64,000 nt of DNA. It comes from the human T2T-CHM13v2.0 reference genome, Homo sapiens. Below are positions 1 to 14,859 of this stretch, one piece after another. The notes under the pieces were generated by a model. It made no database searches. It had not been told where the DNA came from and saw only the letters and a program-made list of their open reading frames with translations. The stretch lies in assembly GCF_009914755.1 (NCBI RefSeq), contig NC_060928.1; one strand, 5' to 3'. Within the stretch, counting starts at the first letter, position 1, and every line of letters begins with the position of its first letter. The position numbers and the translations under genes are program-made.

Positions 1-227
1 TATTGGCAAGGAATACATACAATGCCTCTGCTATGGCTTCAGCTTTTAAAAAGTTATGTCTGAAAAAAGCCATGCCATTCCAACTAAAAAAAAAAAACTT
101 GCTAAGGTTATGAAAATACTCTTTGTGAAGGAGTAATTCCAAGTTGTTAAGGGTGTTGTATGAAATATTTTGAGAGATCTTTCTCTCAAAGTAAAAACAT
201 ACTGAATTAACTATTTTATAATTAGAG

Positions 228-330
228 TTCAGTTATTTTAACAAACATTTACTAAACACCCTAACCGATTGTAGTGAAGAAGAGAAAAATCAACATTTAT
301 AGACATTACTCTCAATGAACTTACAATTTA
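228..330 (-). mobile_element. L2 LINE 3'-end relic
   Basis: acaaacatttactaaacacc...ctcaatgaacttacaattta resembles the antisense L2 3' terminus; very diverged. Confidence 0.45.
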
Positions 331-532
331 ATTATAATATAGTGGTTATAGAGGAAGACAAACAAACCCATTAGTGACTTCATAGCAAAAAGAAGATTAA
401 ATATTTACTTTATGTCCTTTAAATTTCTCTAGTCTTTCCTTTTCCTCTTTAGGAGGCATTTATTAATATTATCCTCGCTTCTGTTAAAAATAAAATTTCA
501 CTTTTGACCACTGCTATGTAAAATTAACACCA

Positions 533-715
533 TAGGATCACAGAATTGACAGTGATATTAGATCTTGCAGGCCCAACCTCCTCAATTTATAAGGCATAAC
601 TGAACACTTTTCCTGCTTGTAAGCTCATTAAAGAACATGTGCTTAAGAACAAAAGATTTGCCCAACCCAGTCAGATTCAAGAGCTATGTAACACAGTATT
701 AGATCTCCGAACAGG
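533..715 (-). mobile_element. MIR/MIR3 SINE relic
   Basis: cccaacctcctcaatttataaggcataactga and gatttgcccaa resemble the MIR core (cccctcattttacagatgaggaaactga...gacttgcccaaggtca). Confidence 0.4.
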
Positions 716-1848
716 TGGGTTTAAAAGAACATGGTTGCTCTTCACAATTTCTATTTCAAAATACGAGTCATGCCTATGTTCTATGTTCCCTTACCTATTC
801 GTTAAATTTCAAAATTTCAAAACTTTTAAAGAAATTGGGGAAACAGTTCTTCTTTAATGAATGACTTTCTGCACATTTCATAAAATGTTTAGCTACCCTA
901 GGCTTCACCCAATAAATGCCACTAATTGGAGTGACAAATTTCCTCTTTGCCTCATCCGAAAAATCAGAGAAAAACCTGTATTTTTTCTAAGTCTCCACAG
1001 GTGGGTGGGTACTAATAATATTAACTAAGTATGATGGAAAAGACATGAGTTTCTACTTTACTATTAATGATTTAGAATATTTTGTGTGAATGAAATACAA
1101 ATCTAACTGGGAAATTCCAATGTTCATTTAAATATGTCACAAAAGACATAATATAATAAATAAGCATTAAAGACAGAACATGTGACTATTACTGTGAATT
1201 CAGATTTTAACCTGGGCAAAACACAGTGTTTAAAGTTGCAGTGTCACTCTACAACAATAATTCCCCACTCACAAAAGATACTTCAAGAATGAAACTTACG
1301 GAACCCTAAATATTGTGATATTCTTCTTTATTTCCTCATTTCATATAAATTCACAATGAGGAAAGAGCAGAAGTTTCTAGAAATAATATAATTAAATTTT
1401 TCTTTTAAGGCAAGTACATATAATTTTTAGTTTTATGGCTTTTATTCACATCAAATAGGTGCTTGCTGACTTGACAGATAATTATAACAGCAGTGTATTC
1501 ACAACACATGATTTTATGAATAAGGATTAAAGATGAGAATAGAATTAATCACAAGGATGCCTTTCTATTGAGCCACCAAAATGATGTCCTAGGGCAAATG
1601 AAATCCTGGAAAATGGATTGATTACAGGGCCTAGCCCAGACATCAAGTTAGCAAGTGGGAGATTTTTGTTTCATTATGTTTTGTTTTGTTTTTCTCTCAG
1701 CTTCAAGACTGAAAGTTTGTTGGGGTATGGAGCCAGCCAGGTTATTTTGTTACCCATTTGTTTTTACAACTGTTTTATCATTGGATTTCCATGCATGTAC
1801 ACGTGCACACACACATGTGTGCATGTGTGTAGTTGTGTTATTTAAGGT

Positions 1849-2133
1849 TTTCTCTTTTTTTGAGGCATAATCTCACTCTGTCTCCCAGGCTGGAGTGCAA
1901 TGGTGCGATCTTGGCTCACTGCAACTGCCACCATCTGAGTTCAAACAATTCTCCTGCTCACCCCTTCAAGTAGCTGAGATTACAGGCACCCACCACCAAG
2001 ACCAGCTAATTTTTGAATTTTTAGTAGAGATGGGGTTTGGCCAGGCTGGTCTCAAACTCCTGACCTCAGGTGATCCACCCACCTCTGCCTCCCAAAGTGC
2101 TGGGATTATAGGTGGGAGCCACTGCGCCCGGCC
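1849..2133 (-). mobile_element. AluS (Sx-like) SINE
   Basis: T-rich tail, full reverse-complement Alu dimer ending actgcgcccggcc; ctgacctcaggtgatcc diagnostic; TTAAGGT repeated at 1842-1848 and 2134-2140 (TSD). Confidence 0.97.
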
Positions 2134-2599
2134 TTAAGGTCCTTTTTGTTTTGTTATTAAGATTTAAACCTGCAGCTTGAAGATTATTTTTCCTAGGTCT
2201 ACTTTCTCAGTCATCTGTTAACAAAACAACATCTAGGAATACCAACTTCTTAACACATACATAGCTATTTTTGTTAGTATTTTTTGCAAATTCCAATGCA
2301 TTGTTTGCTTTGTCCTTCTTATCCTTATTCTTTGAAGTTCGTGTAAATATCTGTATGTCTTTTCATTTGTCCATGTTTATGAATATTTTCTTTTGTAAGT
2401 CTCTTTTAAAAATCCATGCTCATCTAAAAACCCCTCTTTTGTTTCTCATCGGCTACGTTGTCAAGATTAATTTTTAAAAAATCTTTCATACCCCTTTAGT
2501 CATAGAAAAAAACTTTCACTTTTGGCTTAATCCCATCCAATACAAAAATAATTGATGAGCAACAGGGAAGCTATAAGATTTTTAGTGTTTGAATGAAGC

Positions 2600-2720
2600 T
2601 TTGACATTAGTTGAATCTGTAGATTTTACACATGAGAAGACAAAAGTTTAGAGAGGTTAAGTGCCTGGCATAAAATCACATAGGTAGCCTGTGGATTTTT
2701 ATGCTCAGCTATTTTGATTC
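2600..2720 (-). mobile_element. MIR SINE relic
   Basis: attttacacatgagaagacaaaagtttagagaggttaagtgcctggcataaaatcaca matches the MIR core. Confidence 0.65.
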
Positions 2721-3660
2721 AACAGTTAGTGTTATTTCTGACCAAAACAATGTTATGTTTGTATCTCTATCAGGATTAGAAGGAAATATTAGAGATAGTC
2801 AGAATTTAGAAAATCATATTTTACAAACTTAAGAAAACATATATAAATAGAAAGATTGCTTGTCTGCAAATAAGATAAAAGCAAGTATGTTTTACCACCA
2901 GGTTGTCATAGAAGGCTAAAAATATTTTATAAAATGGAGGATGTGGTTGAGTGTTACCAGATTGGAAAAAGAAGAAAAATAACATGTTTTGGAAAGTCAA
3001 TTGAAAACAATTTTGAAGATCTATTACATAATTGATTCCATAAAACCTGGGTGCCATCCTATGTAGACAAGGTTTGACATAATTTTCCAGACTGGGATTG
3101 TGTCTTTAAAGCACTTAAGCTGAACTAGACAATTTCATACACTTATGTTGTTGATAAAATGAAATTCCCATTTGCTTCTCATTACCTCTGACATGAGCAT
3201 ATGCAGTTACAGGATGTCTATTGTAATTATGATTAGAGCTTAAAAAACAAACAAGAAAAATTACCATACTAGCTAGAAAATGCTGGGAAACCACATGCCA
3301 CAAACTTTGAGATGTTTATGATTAAAAAAAAAAATCACATTGTAAGCTCCATGCAAAAACCTGTGTTTGAAACAAAAGTCTAAAATGTAAGATCTAGACC
3401 CCTCTTGAGAAGTCCACTTAAGCAGGTCATAAAGTGGTTTTAGAACATACATGTATTTCAATATGATATTTAAGAATCTCATCAGAGCTCAAAGGCTACT
3501 CAAAATGGTGAAGCCAGGAGAAATTTGCCCCAAGCTTAGTGTTCACTTGAGTAGCTACACAAGAATGAATTGGAGCACAGCTGTATGTCATTTTGAATTA
3601 GGACAACTGAGAAAGGCAAATGACTATCATTGTTTCACTATTATAATTGGTAGATGCTAT

Positions 3661-4931
<1,271 letters not shown>

Positions 4932-5349
4932 CTATTAAACAAAAAGATGTAAAACATGAGGCACCGACGGATTTCAGCTCTGACTTTTTCCCTGATCATC
5001 TACAGGTTAATGGATATCTGAATTAACAATGTATAACCTAGTAAATACAATTATTTTTAGTCTCTTTGACTGAAATGAAGTATTGGAATAAGGATCCAAA
5101 AATCTCTGCATGTATTTCAGATCTGCATACTGAACTATTTATAGATGGGTGGAGACTATTTACTAACTCTATCTAAAACATATATGTATATAATACTTCA
5201 GATGACAAGGCCATTGAGAATTCTCTGAATATATTTTTAAAAGGTAAAATAACAGAAGAAAGCTGCTATGACCAACATAAAGACTATGTCTTCAGGTCAA
5301 TAGCGTTCACACAATGCAAGAAAAATATAATTAAGACATTTATAAAATT

Positions 5350-5680
5350 ATCCATTCATGTACTGATTCATTCAACAAGTATCTTAGATGCTGAAAATAT
5401 ATCAATTAACAAATAGATTAAATTCCCTACACTTCTGGGGCTTAAATTCCAGTGAAAGTAAGCATGATATATTGGTAAACTATACATTAGAAGGTAACAA
5501 ATGCTAACTAGAAAAATAAAACAAGTTTAAAAATGTTCTGAAAGGGGAGAAGGTTGGTTTACACTTTTAACTAAAATGGTCAAGAATGATATCCTTAAGA
5601 ATGCAGTATTGAGGCTAAGGCAGAATGTTGTGATGGAGAGGCCCTATAATATACAAGGAAAAGCATTCCATAGGTAAACA
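5350..5680 (-). mobile_element. L2 LINE 3' relic
   Basis: cattcatgtactgattcattcaacaagtatct...aattccctacacttctggggcttaaattccagtg is the typical antisense L2 end. Confidence 0.6.
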
Positions 5681-6505
5681 TACTTTGGGTTCCATTTAAA
5701 AATATGTAATCATATTTTAAAGAGGAATTTTAAAGTTAAGGAAAGATACAAAAATCTTAGATAAATCCAGGCAGAAAAACTGAGTACATAACAAAGAGTA
5801 ATTCAAAATATCAGATGTTCCCTTCTCAAATCCAAACAACAGAAAGTGACAGAACAATACTGGCAGAGTCTAGAGGACGTTTGAGTGCAAAATTCTGACT
5901 GAGCCAAGTGGGTCACTCATGTTTGACAATACCTGAAAGTCATTTTTGCTCATGCTTGAATTCAGGAATTATATTTAAATATATTTTTTAAAAATACCAA
6001 ATATATACTGAAGAAAATAGATTGAAAATTGATTCTTATGAGAGAGCTAAAGAATAGAAAAAGTATTAAGAAAAAAAGAAAAGATTATGGGAAATAAAAC
6101 ATTGAAATTATGCTTTTATAAATAAATAGTTATTGTGAATATAGTTATATAATGATACAAGATCAAAATGATTTTCAAAAGCAAGAAGAGTTCATTTATC
6201 GTTTCTCTTAGTTTTATGTTGACACTTATTCAAGGGTAATGTTTCCTTATGTTTTTGATTATCACTGTCTGTTAGACTTTATGCTTAGAATAAAATACTT
6301 TTGGAAATAATTAAATGATTGTTTTAATAATATCTTCCTTCAGATAGTTTCGTTTGGTGCAATATGTTGTTACCATTCTTTGCTCCCTTAAGCCAAATAT
6401 AATGTTTGAGAGTTCCTGAGCCACTCACATAACTTAATGACAAGAAGGCAGGATGCAAATCCTTGAATGGGCTACTTGATTTGTCTTTGCACTGATATCC
6501 CATGA

Positions 6506-7155
6506 AGACACACACACATATAAACACACTATATATACACATATATATGTATATCTGTGTGTATGTATATATATGTATACATATACGTGTACTTTATGTA
6601 TGTATATAGTGTGTGTATATATATATTATATAGTGTATACAAATATATATAAACTGTATATAGTGTGTGTTTTATATATATATATATAAAATATATATAT
6701 GAGACCAATAATTCATGATTGGTTGCCAATATATATATTGGAGTATAATGATACATATATATCTGTATGTACATGTATATATATGTATGTATTCACATAA
6801 TATATATATACATCGGTACATATATGCATACATATATATTGCGTATATATACATAATATGTGTATATTTACATAATATGTGTATATTTACATACATGGAT
6901 ATATTGCATGTTTATATATACACACATATACACACTTTATATATACAAAACTATATATACATACATAGGTATACATACATAGATATATGTATATATGCAT
7001 GTACATAGACAATATATACACACAATTCATATATAGTGTGTGTATATATGTATACACACAATATATAAATATATACATATTATGTATATACATATTATAT
7101 GTGTGTATATATATACACACACATAGATATATGTATATATGTGTGTATGTATACA
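6506..7155. repeat. Degenerate (TA)n/(CA)n/(TG)n purine-pyrimidine simple-repeat tract, ~650 bp
   Basis: Directly visible; source of the Y/I/M/H/T-rich spurious ORFs. Confidence 0.97.
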
Positions 7156-7189
7156 ATACTCCAATTCTTACTTCAAAGATTACTACATA

Positions 7190-7931
7190 TGATACAGACA
7201 GGAGACAGGAAAATACTGCATAGAAGAGGGCGATTCCCCAGCAAAGGTCCCACCCTCAAGCTTAGAAACCCATGACCCTCAGTGAGAACAGGCATTATTG
7301 TTTTCATGCCCAAAAAGTTGCCTTTTGTCCCACCATGTCCCCCTGTCCTGAACCCATATAAGCATCAAACCCCAGGCTCCAGAAAGAGATGAGCAGACAA
7401 ATGGGAGAACAATGTGGCAGAGAAGGAGAGAAGAGGAGCATCTGAATGCTGAGGAGAGTTTTGCTGGGGACGATCAAAGAGGAGATTGGCCACTGTACGG
7501 CCAAATTCCAAGAGAAGATCATCTTTTCACTCCATCCCTTTTCCAGCTCCCCATCCATCCCACTGAGAGCAACCTCCACCACTTAATAAAACCCCTGCAT
7601 TCACTCTTCAAGTCCATGTGTGACCTGATTCTTCCTGGACTCTGGACAAAAATGTGGGTGCCAAGAGGGCACTGAGCTGGTTAATACTTAAGCCATCTGC
7701 AGGTGGCAAAGCTAAATGAGCACACTGTAACATCTGCTTGGGCTTTGGCATTCACAGATACCCACTCCTAGACACTACCATGGGGCCAGAGCCCAAAGCA
7801 CTTGCCCCGTCACCTGCAGCTTCCTGTCTGCATGCTCCCCATCTTGTAAGGGGTTTGAGCTCACATTAACCAGAGAGCCACACACCTGTCATATGTCCTG
7901 TAATGTGGGGCCAGGGAATTCTCTCATTTCA
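7190..7931 (+). mobile_element. Solo ERV1 LTR, LTR1-like (HUERS-P2 group)
   Basis: Starts TGATACAGACAGGAGACAGG, ends ctctcatttCA; AATAAA at 7585; near-TSD CATA/CAAA. Confidence 0.85.
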
Positions 7932-7939
7932 CAAATATC

Positions 7940-7965
7940 TATGTGCGTATATATACAATTTATTT

Positions 7966-7997
<32 letters not shown>

Positions 7998-8085
7998 TAT
8001 AGATATTTGTGAAATGGGAGAATAAATATATACAATTTATTATATATATACACACACACATATATACACACACACATAGATATAT
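7940..8085. repeat. (TA)n(CA)n simple repeats in two similar units
   Basis: atatacaatttatt(TA)n(CA)n occurs twice. Confidence 0.9.
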
Positions 8086-8545
8086 GTAGTATTCTATTGC
8101 TTCTGTAACAAATTATGACAAACTCAGTGGATTAAAATGATACAAATTTATTATCATACATTTCTTCAGGTCAGAAATCTAAAATGAGTCTTCAAGGATA
8201 TGCTTTACCTGAAGGCTATAGAAGAAAATACATTTTGTTGCATTTATTAGCTTCTAGAGGCCACCTGCATCTCTTGGTGTATGGCCTCTCTTCCATCTTC
8301 AAAGCCAGCAGCATAACATCTTTAAAACTCTGTTCAACTCTGCATTCCTTATACCTTCTCTGATTACCTCTCCCTTATATAAGGACTCTTGTGATTGCCA
8401 TGAGTCCAGATAATCCAAAAAAGCCAGGATAATCAAGATCTTTAAATTATTTACATCCACAAAGGTTTTGGCCATGTAAAGTAACACACTCACAAGTTAT
8501 AGGGATGAGGACATGGACATTTCAGGGATACTATGCAATGTAACA
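8085..8545 (-). mobile_element. MLT1 (MLT1D-like) MaLR solo LTR
   Basis: ttctgtaacaaattatgacaaactcagtgg...cttctagaggccacctgcat...ccatcttcaaagccagca...gatgaggacatggacat are MLT1 antisense hallmarks. Confidence 0.85.
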
Positions 8546-8874
8546 GATGAATAGAGAGAGAGAAAAAGACTGACAGAATAGAGAGAGAATATGTATATAC
8601 CAGAACAGACAGAGAATACATACACACCAAGGCATCCTGGTTACAGTACAAAAGTTTATCACTGAAGTTATTTTTTCTCTCCATTCACCTATAGGCCATT
8701 TGATAGTTTAAAAATTAATAAAGTGAATATTAAGTTCTGTTATGGTGGGAAAAACTGCTGTTAAAGAATGCATATGAACAATTACCTAATGAGAATGAAC
8801 AATTAGCTATTCCGTATATAATGCAACAGTTTTACAGATTTCTGTTCTTGGAGTTCATTAATATAGATACATAC

Positions 8875-9266
8875 TGTTAGAGCAGAGGGAAAGACGTGAA
8901 GGAAGACCAAATGAGAGAGCCGCTCAATGGTTGAGACAGGTTTTTTGAGAGTAAACCTGAGAAGGGCTTCTGGCCGGCAGGGTCAGGAGCAAACCTCTCT
9001 TACAGCCTGAAGCTTTTAAAAAGGGCCTGGTAGGGGAAGTGTATTCTGAGAGAAGTTCCTAATGGGGAGGAGTTAGGGGAGTGCTGGCTGGTTGGGACTG
9101 CTAGAGACTTTGATAAGCTTGGTTGGGATTGTTATGCTCTGTTGAAGATACAGGTGGGGCTGACTTTTGCATTTTGGTCAAATACCAACGGACAGTTTTG
9201 AGAAATGGAAACTTGATATTCAAGGTGGTGGAGTCTCATTAAGATGGCAGTATTATTGTCCTATCA
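8875..9266 (-). mobile_element. Solo ERV1 LTR, probably MER67-like
   Basis: TG...CA termini flanked by a perfect 5-bp CATAC duplication; the family name is from recalled similarity only. Confidence 0.7.
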
Positions 9267-12224
9267 CATACAATACTCCAACTTTTACCTTCAAAGAAAG
9301 TAAAAACAGAACTATAAAATAAAAATCACTAAGAGCTTAGACAATCATTTCTCTGAGAGAGAAGATATAAATTTTTTAGAAAGGATTTTAGGCTTTCTTA
9401 GCTTTTAGAAACTTCCAAATTCCTTGCCAGCATGCAGAAAGTGCTCTTTGAGCAATTTTAACTTTTTTAGGTGCTTTTATTAAAGGGAAATTTGGGGAGA
9501 TTTTTACCTGCAGGGACTACATGACTATATACTGTAATACAAAATACCACTATGTGTCTTAGCTTTTCACCATGGTATTCACAAGGCTCTTTAATTGAGT
9601 AGCATTCTAAAATAACTTTAAGCAGGATGAGATATTTAAATATATACAAAAAATTGCTGTTTTGGAATGCTTTCAAAAGCAACTAACTCTAATTACCAAC
9701 ATTGGCAAAGTAAATACTACCTATTATCATGAAGGTGACCTGTAAAAGGAAACAAGTTCTAAGACAAATAATGCTATAACACAAAGGAGAAGCAGACTGG
9801 AGGGCAAAGGAAGATGTGGTTTTAGTTTGACATCCTCAAAGACATGTAGAGAATTACAGGCATCATCAGGATTGGTAGTGATCTTACAGATCAATTTTTT
9901 GAATAACAATTACAGACATCATGAGCTAGAACCTGAGAGCTGGAAAGCTCTCTTTGGCCACATGTAGTGAAGTGTGGAAAGGGGATATTATAGCAATAGC
10001 CTGCATAATGGTGAACAACACTGCTGCATCTTGTACATATCATGAGCCAAAGGTAGTCATAAACAGAGATTGGGGGTAGAGATGCCAGAGGAAAAATAAA
10101 AAAATTTTTATTAAAATGTTTAATAACAACTTAAATTAAAAAAATTTAAAATTTTTAATAAAAATCTTTTTATTAAAAATGCAAAATGATCAAACATCAA
10201 GTGTGCAATTATGGGCATAATTGGGGGATGGCAGAAGATTAGATAATAGCAGTTAGAAATGAATAAATGCGTACATGTAGATTTTTCTTTGTATATGGGA
10301 AAACAAATCTTATATTTCTTTTTTGCTTTCTGTAGAACACAGAAGAGAAAAAAGCCCAAGGGCAGGCAGAATAAATGAGAAAAATGAAATGACAGAAAGA
10401 ATTAAGTCTCAAGTGGCTTGGCTAAGCAAATTTAAATGTCTTGCTGAGTTCTTAAAGGAAAAAAATAGATTCAGGTCTTTTCTGTTTGTTTGTTTTCTTC
10501 CTTTGGGATTTTGGTTAGTACATGGTATTTATATTCTACTTTTGAGTGTGGTTTTTGTTTGCTTCTTTTATTTGAGTGAATCCTTTTAAGTGCATTTGAC
10601 AGAGATTTACATTCATATATCCAGTGGGGCACACATGACATTTTTCCGTAGAGCATATTGGCAGAGATGATGAACCTTTTCTTTTTCTTCAGGTTATTTA
10701 ATGACTACTTGATAGAATTAGATAGTCTTTTCCACATTGTTTGGCACTCACAATATAATAGAGCTAAACATAAAAAGATTTGGAATCAGTCTCTAAGAAA
10801 AGTGGCTATCAAACTACATTTTCCAAAGATGTCCCTTATTCATTTTACAGTTTTGTCCTGAATATTTAGCCTAACATTTTGTAGTACTGGTAAGCGAGGA
10901 CATGATAATAATCTGACTTCTTGGTTGTATGCATATCATCCTGACACCTGATTTTCCTAAGGGGATTCATGATTGCACAAAGCTGCCATGTTATTACAGT
11001 CCTTCATGAAAGATTGCTTGAAGTGATGTCACAACATCAGACATCAGCTTTAGTTGACACTGAAACATCACTTCCAGAAAACGGTTGCTTTGGGCATATT
11101 TTTACTTTAGCTTTGACAACTCCATATAATCATCTAAATGACATACCTGTGGAAACAACATTAATCAACAGCTTATTCTATGACTCTTCCTATTTAGTAA
11201 TTATTCATGGCCTGCCTAGTTTTTCACTTTATTTTTCAGAATGCCACATTAAACATTTCTATTGAAAAATGATACACAACATTTCAGTCCCTTACCTTTC
11301 ATAGAAGAGTAATATAAATGCCTTCATTTTCAAGATCAACACGACTACCATATAAAACAATTTTGAAAGCTTCCTTTATTACTGTAGTTTAATTCAACTG
11401 ATGTAACAAAAGAAACCAGCACACATGATCAAAAATATGTGCTTGCAAGACCAAATAGAGGATTAAACAGAAAATTTTTAGAGGAGACAAATCAAGTCAC
11501 AGATAAAGAAGATTAAATTTTTAAAAGTACAGCGTTTACTGATATACTAAGATAACTGCATTTACATTTTTGGTTATTTCTGTAAGACACAAGAATGTCA
11601 AGGTAATGCTCACAAATTATTGGTCTCCAAAACTATTTACCTACTTCATGATTGTTGTTTTACAAAAGATATTTTTCAACAACTCTGAAGTGTAATGCTG
11701 TATCACTTCTTACTAAACAAATTTTGAGACTATTCTATGCAGTATTTTTCCTTATGATTGTATCATATATCTTGTTGGTAAAAAAAAGTCCTCCCTTACA
11801 TTATTCTAAAGAAGAAAAAAAAGTTTCTGACACCTTCATCATTCTCTCTCTTTTTGACAGTCCCAATAGGGCCACAACTGCTGCCTGATTTTCTCTCCTG
11901 ACAGCAAACCAAGCCAGACACAAATTCAAATGACAGATTGGGGGTTATGGGGTAGAGGAGCAAAAGGCTAGGTTTATACAGTAGCTTGAAAATGTTTCTC
12001 ATAGCAAAAAATGTAGTATGTCATAGATCAAAACAATGTATAACAAATGATTTGGTTAAGATATCCAACTCTTTTCAACCCTGGTCTAATTAGGATCACT
12101 CCCTCTCACCTCAGATTATCTTATTATCCCTCACAGTCCTATATAGAATTGTATATGTCATCATTTGACATTCCAGGTATCACTTTATCTCAGGACAAAA
12201 ATGAGTTTTGGGATGTCCTAAAAA

Positions 12225-12565
12225 TTTTACCCTTGAAATTATTCTGGATTATCCAGGTGAGCTCTAAACCCAATAATTATTGACTTATAAGAAGAAGTGA
12301 AGACACAGAAAAGGAAAAGACATAGAAGAGGAGGTCAAATATAGAAGGAGGCAGTAATTGAAGTTATACTATTATAAACCAAAGAATGTTTGGAGCCACC
12401 AGAAGCCAGAAAAAGCAAGAAACAATTCTCCCCCAGAGCCTTTGGAAGGAGGATGGCCCTGGTGACACTTCGATTTCAGACATCTGGCTTCCAGAACTGA
12501 GGAAACAGTTTCTAATTTTTTTAAGCCAACAAGTTAGTGGTAATTTGTTATAAGACACTAATACA
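12225..12565 (+). mobile_element. MLT1 (MLT1B/C-like) MaLR LTR
   Basis: gccaccagaagccaga...attctcccccagagcc...gacacttcgatttcagacatctggcttccagaactg...gtggtaatttgtta...ctaataca. Confidence 0.85.
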
Positions 12566-12930
12566 ACATTGAATAACTCTAGTAGAGACCATATGCAGTA
12601 GCCTGATAATATGCAAGATAAGGTAGGCATTAAATAGATCACTAAAATATAACTAAAACAGTGTTAAGATAAGGGAAGGCCGAGATATCTTTAACACTAA
12701 TCACTACATTTGTTGCTACTGGTTGCCTACATTGTAGGCAATATATGTGCCTATGCATATTGTCAACTATATATATCATAAAAAATAACATTGTTATGAA
12801 AATAATATTAATGAAAAATAATATAAAAGTAACATTATCCATGGAGAGAAATAAAAGATAAAAAAATTCCTCTCATGTCTATTTTATGTCTTGTTTCTCT
12901 AAATAGGCTGATGCTGCTCAGCACAGCACC

Positions 12931-13319
12931 TATATTAATTTCCTGGGGCTGAAATAACAATATACCACAAATTGATGGCTTAAGCAACAGAAATTTATTA
13001 TTTCACAGTTCTGGAACCTAAAAGTCTAAGATCCAGGTACTCTCAGAGTCTTGCTTCCTCTGAAGATGCTCTCACCTAGCCTCTCATCGTTCTTTGACTT
13101 GTGACAGCATTAACTCCAATCTTCACACAGCATTCTCTCTACATTCAAATATTACCTTTTAAAAAAGACACTGAGATATTGGATTAGAATCCACACTAAT
13201 GATTTTATTTTAATTTGATGATCTGCAAAATACCCTATTTCCAAATTAGGTCACAGTGACAAGTACTGGGGGGTTAGAACCTTAACATCTTTTGGGGAAT
13301 CACAATTCATTCTGTAACA
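12931..13319 (-). mobile_element. MLT1 (MLT1B-like) MaLR LTR
   Basis: ataccacaaattgatggcttaagcaacagaaatttatt...ccctatttccaaattaggtcaca...cacaattcattctgtaaca. Confidence 0.85.
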
Positions 13320-14859
13320 CTGCTCAACTTAATACATGTGAATTGAGTTGTTAAATGGTATGTGACAGGGAAGAGAAAACAAAACTTTTTGGAGACTTGA
13401 AAAGATATTAAAAAGAAAGAATATAATAAATATAATTTTGGTTTAGGTAGAGACTTCATGTGCCAAAATATTGTCCATATGTAGCATACATAGCAGAGTC
13501 ACATATTTATTACAAGGCAGCTCCTCTATTTTCTATAACTGAGCTAGTTTTGACTTGTGAGCCTCCAATCCAGAGTATAGTTGGGTGGTGGAGGAGACCT
13601 TAACTGAGGGTTTATAAAGCTGTGAATTAGCAGGATCTTTGATTTAAGGTAGGCTCATTTGGGTAATTCAATTTTTCAGGAGCATTCACTCTGTCTCAGG
13701 TTTTCTTCCCATCATGGATCTCTCAAGATCTGAGAGATACAAGATAAGGTTCTAATAGATGTGGCAGACAGTGGGAGAGAGAAAAGTTTCAAATCAGTGT
13801 GCTACCTGGGTGATTTCCAGTACTTGCTGTGGCCTGATTGGTCTGGCCTGCAAGTGTGTCCACTGATGAAGATTGCTGGAGAAGATTGCAACTGGTGAAA
13901 TTGTGGTCTTTCCTTTAGGATGAATTCAAGACAGTAGTCTTTCTGGTGATTTGTCATTATCTTTGCCCTTGCTGATGTTATAGACCTCTCTGAAGCTAGT
14001 CACACTTTCTACCCAGCTTCTGGCTACTTTGCTTTATCATGAGCTCTATGGAATTTACCACATCTGTCACTATGGCTATGCTAGGCAAGTCTTTAGGCTC
14101 TTAATTCAACTTCATTTTGCCTCTGCAGTGGAGTATGTAGAAATTTCTGGCAACTTTCATGCCAAAAGTTTGCTAGGGAGGCTCAAAACAGCAAATGCAG
14201 GCCAGTCCCTCTGTGACCCAGCATAATCCACTGCCACTTTTTACTATACTCCAGCTTTCCTATGCTTGCATCAGACCACCTTGCAAATATAATCCAGTCA
14301 GCTTCAAGATATGGAGAGCGGGCACAAACCCTTTTTTTTGCTTTTGGTTTATATGTTCAATTCTACTCTATTCCTTTGAGAATTCAGCTAATAGAGAGAT
14401 CATGATATCAGCATTCCAGAATGTCCCGCTTGTCTTTCTCCTTCCCAGACCCCTTAGTAAATAAGTTGAAATATTTATTTTTTATCTCTATTTGTCTGGA
14501 AGAAATACCTCTTAGATTATGTCCTCTTTTTGAATGTGAGTTAATGCCATGGCTAGCTGCTATTGGTAGAGGGAGTATTATTTATACACAAAGGAAGTCA
14601 TTCTATAACTGGTTTTATGAAAGTTGACTTGATATGGAAGCATGTAGACAACTTCGAATTAGGGATTATCAAAGACAAAGTGAGTTGGTTTGATCCCCCA
14701 GAACACATTATCTCCATTACTGCTAAATAATGCCAAATTTAGTGGCATAAATAAAAGTGCATTTGCTTTCATTTAAAAAGGAACACATTTTTTTCACATT
14801 TTTAATACATATCTCTATTTTTTTTTCAATCTTCCTTCTACTCTTGCTTCTTTCCCTCT

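Noticed and set aside
1895-2137. 80-aa ORF and similar ORFs at 45786, 49135 and 52171
   Set aside because: Alu-derived reading frames
6324-7223. Several overlapping 70-97 aa ORFs
   Set aside because: Translations of TA/CA repeats (Y, I, M, H, T, C only)
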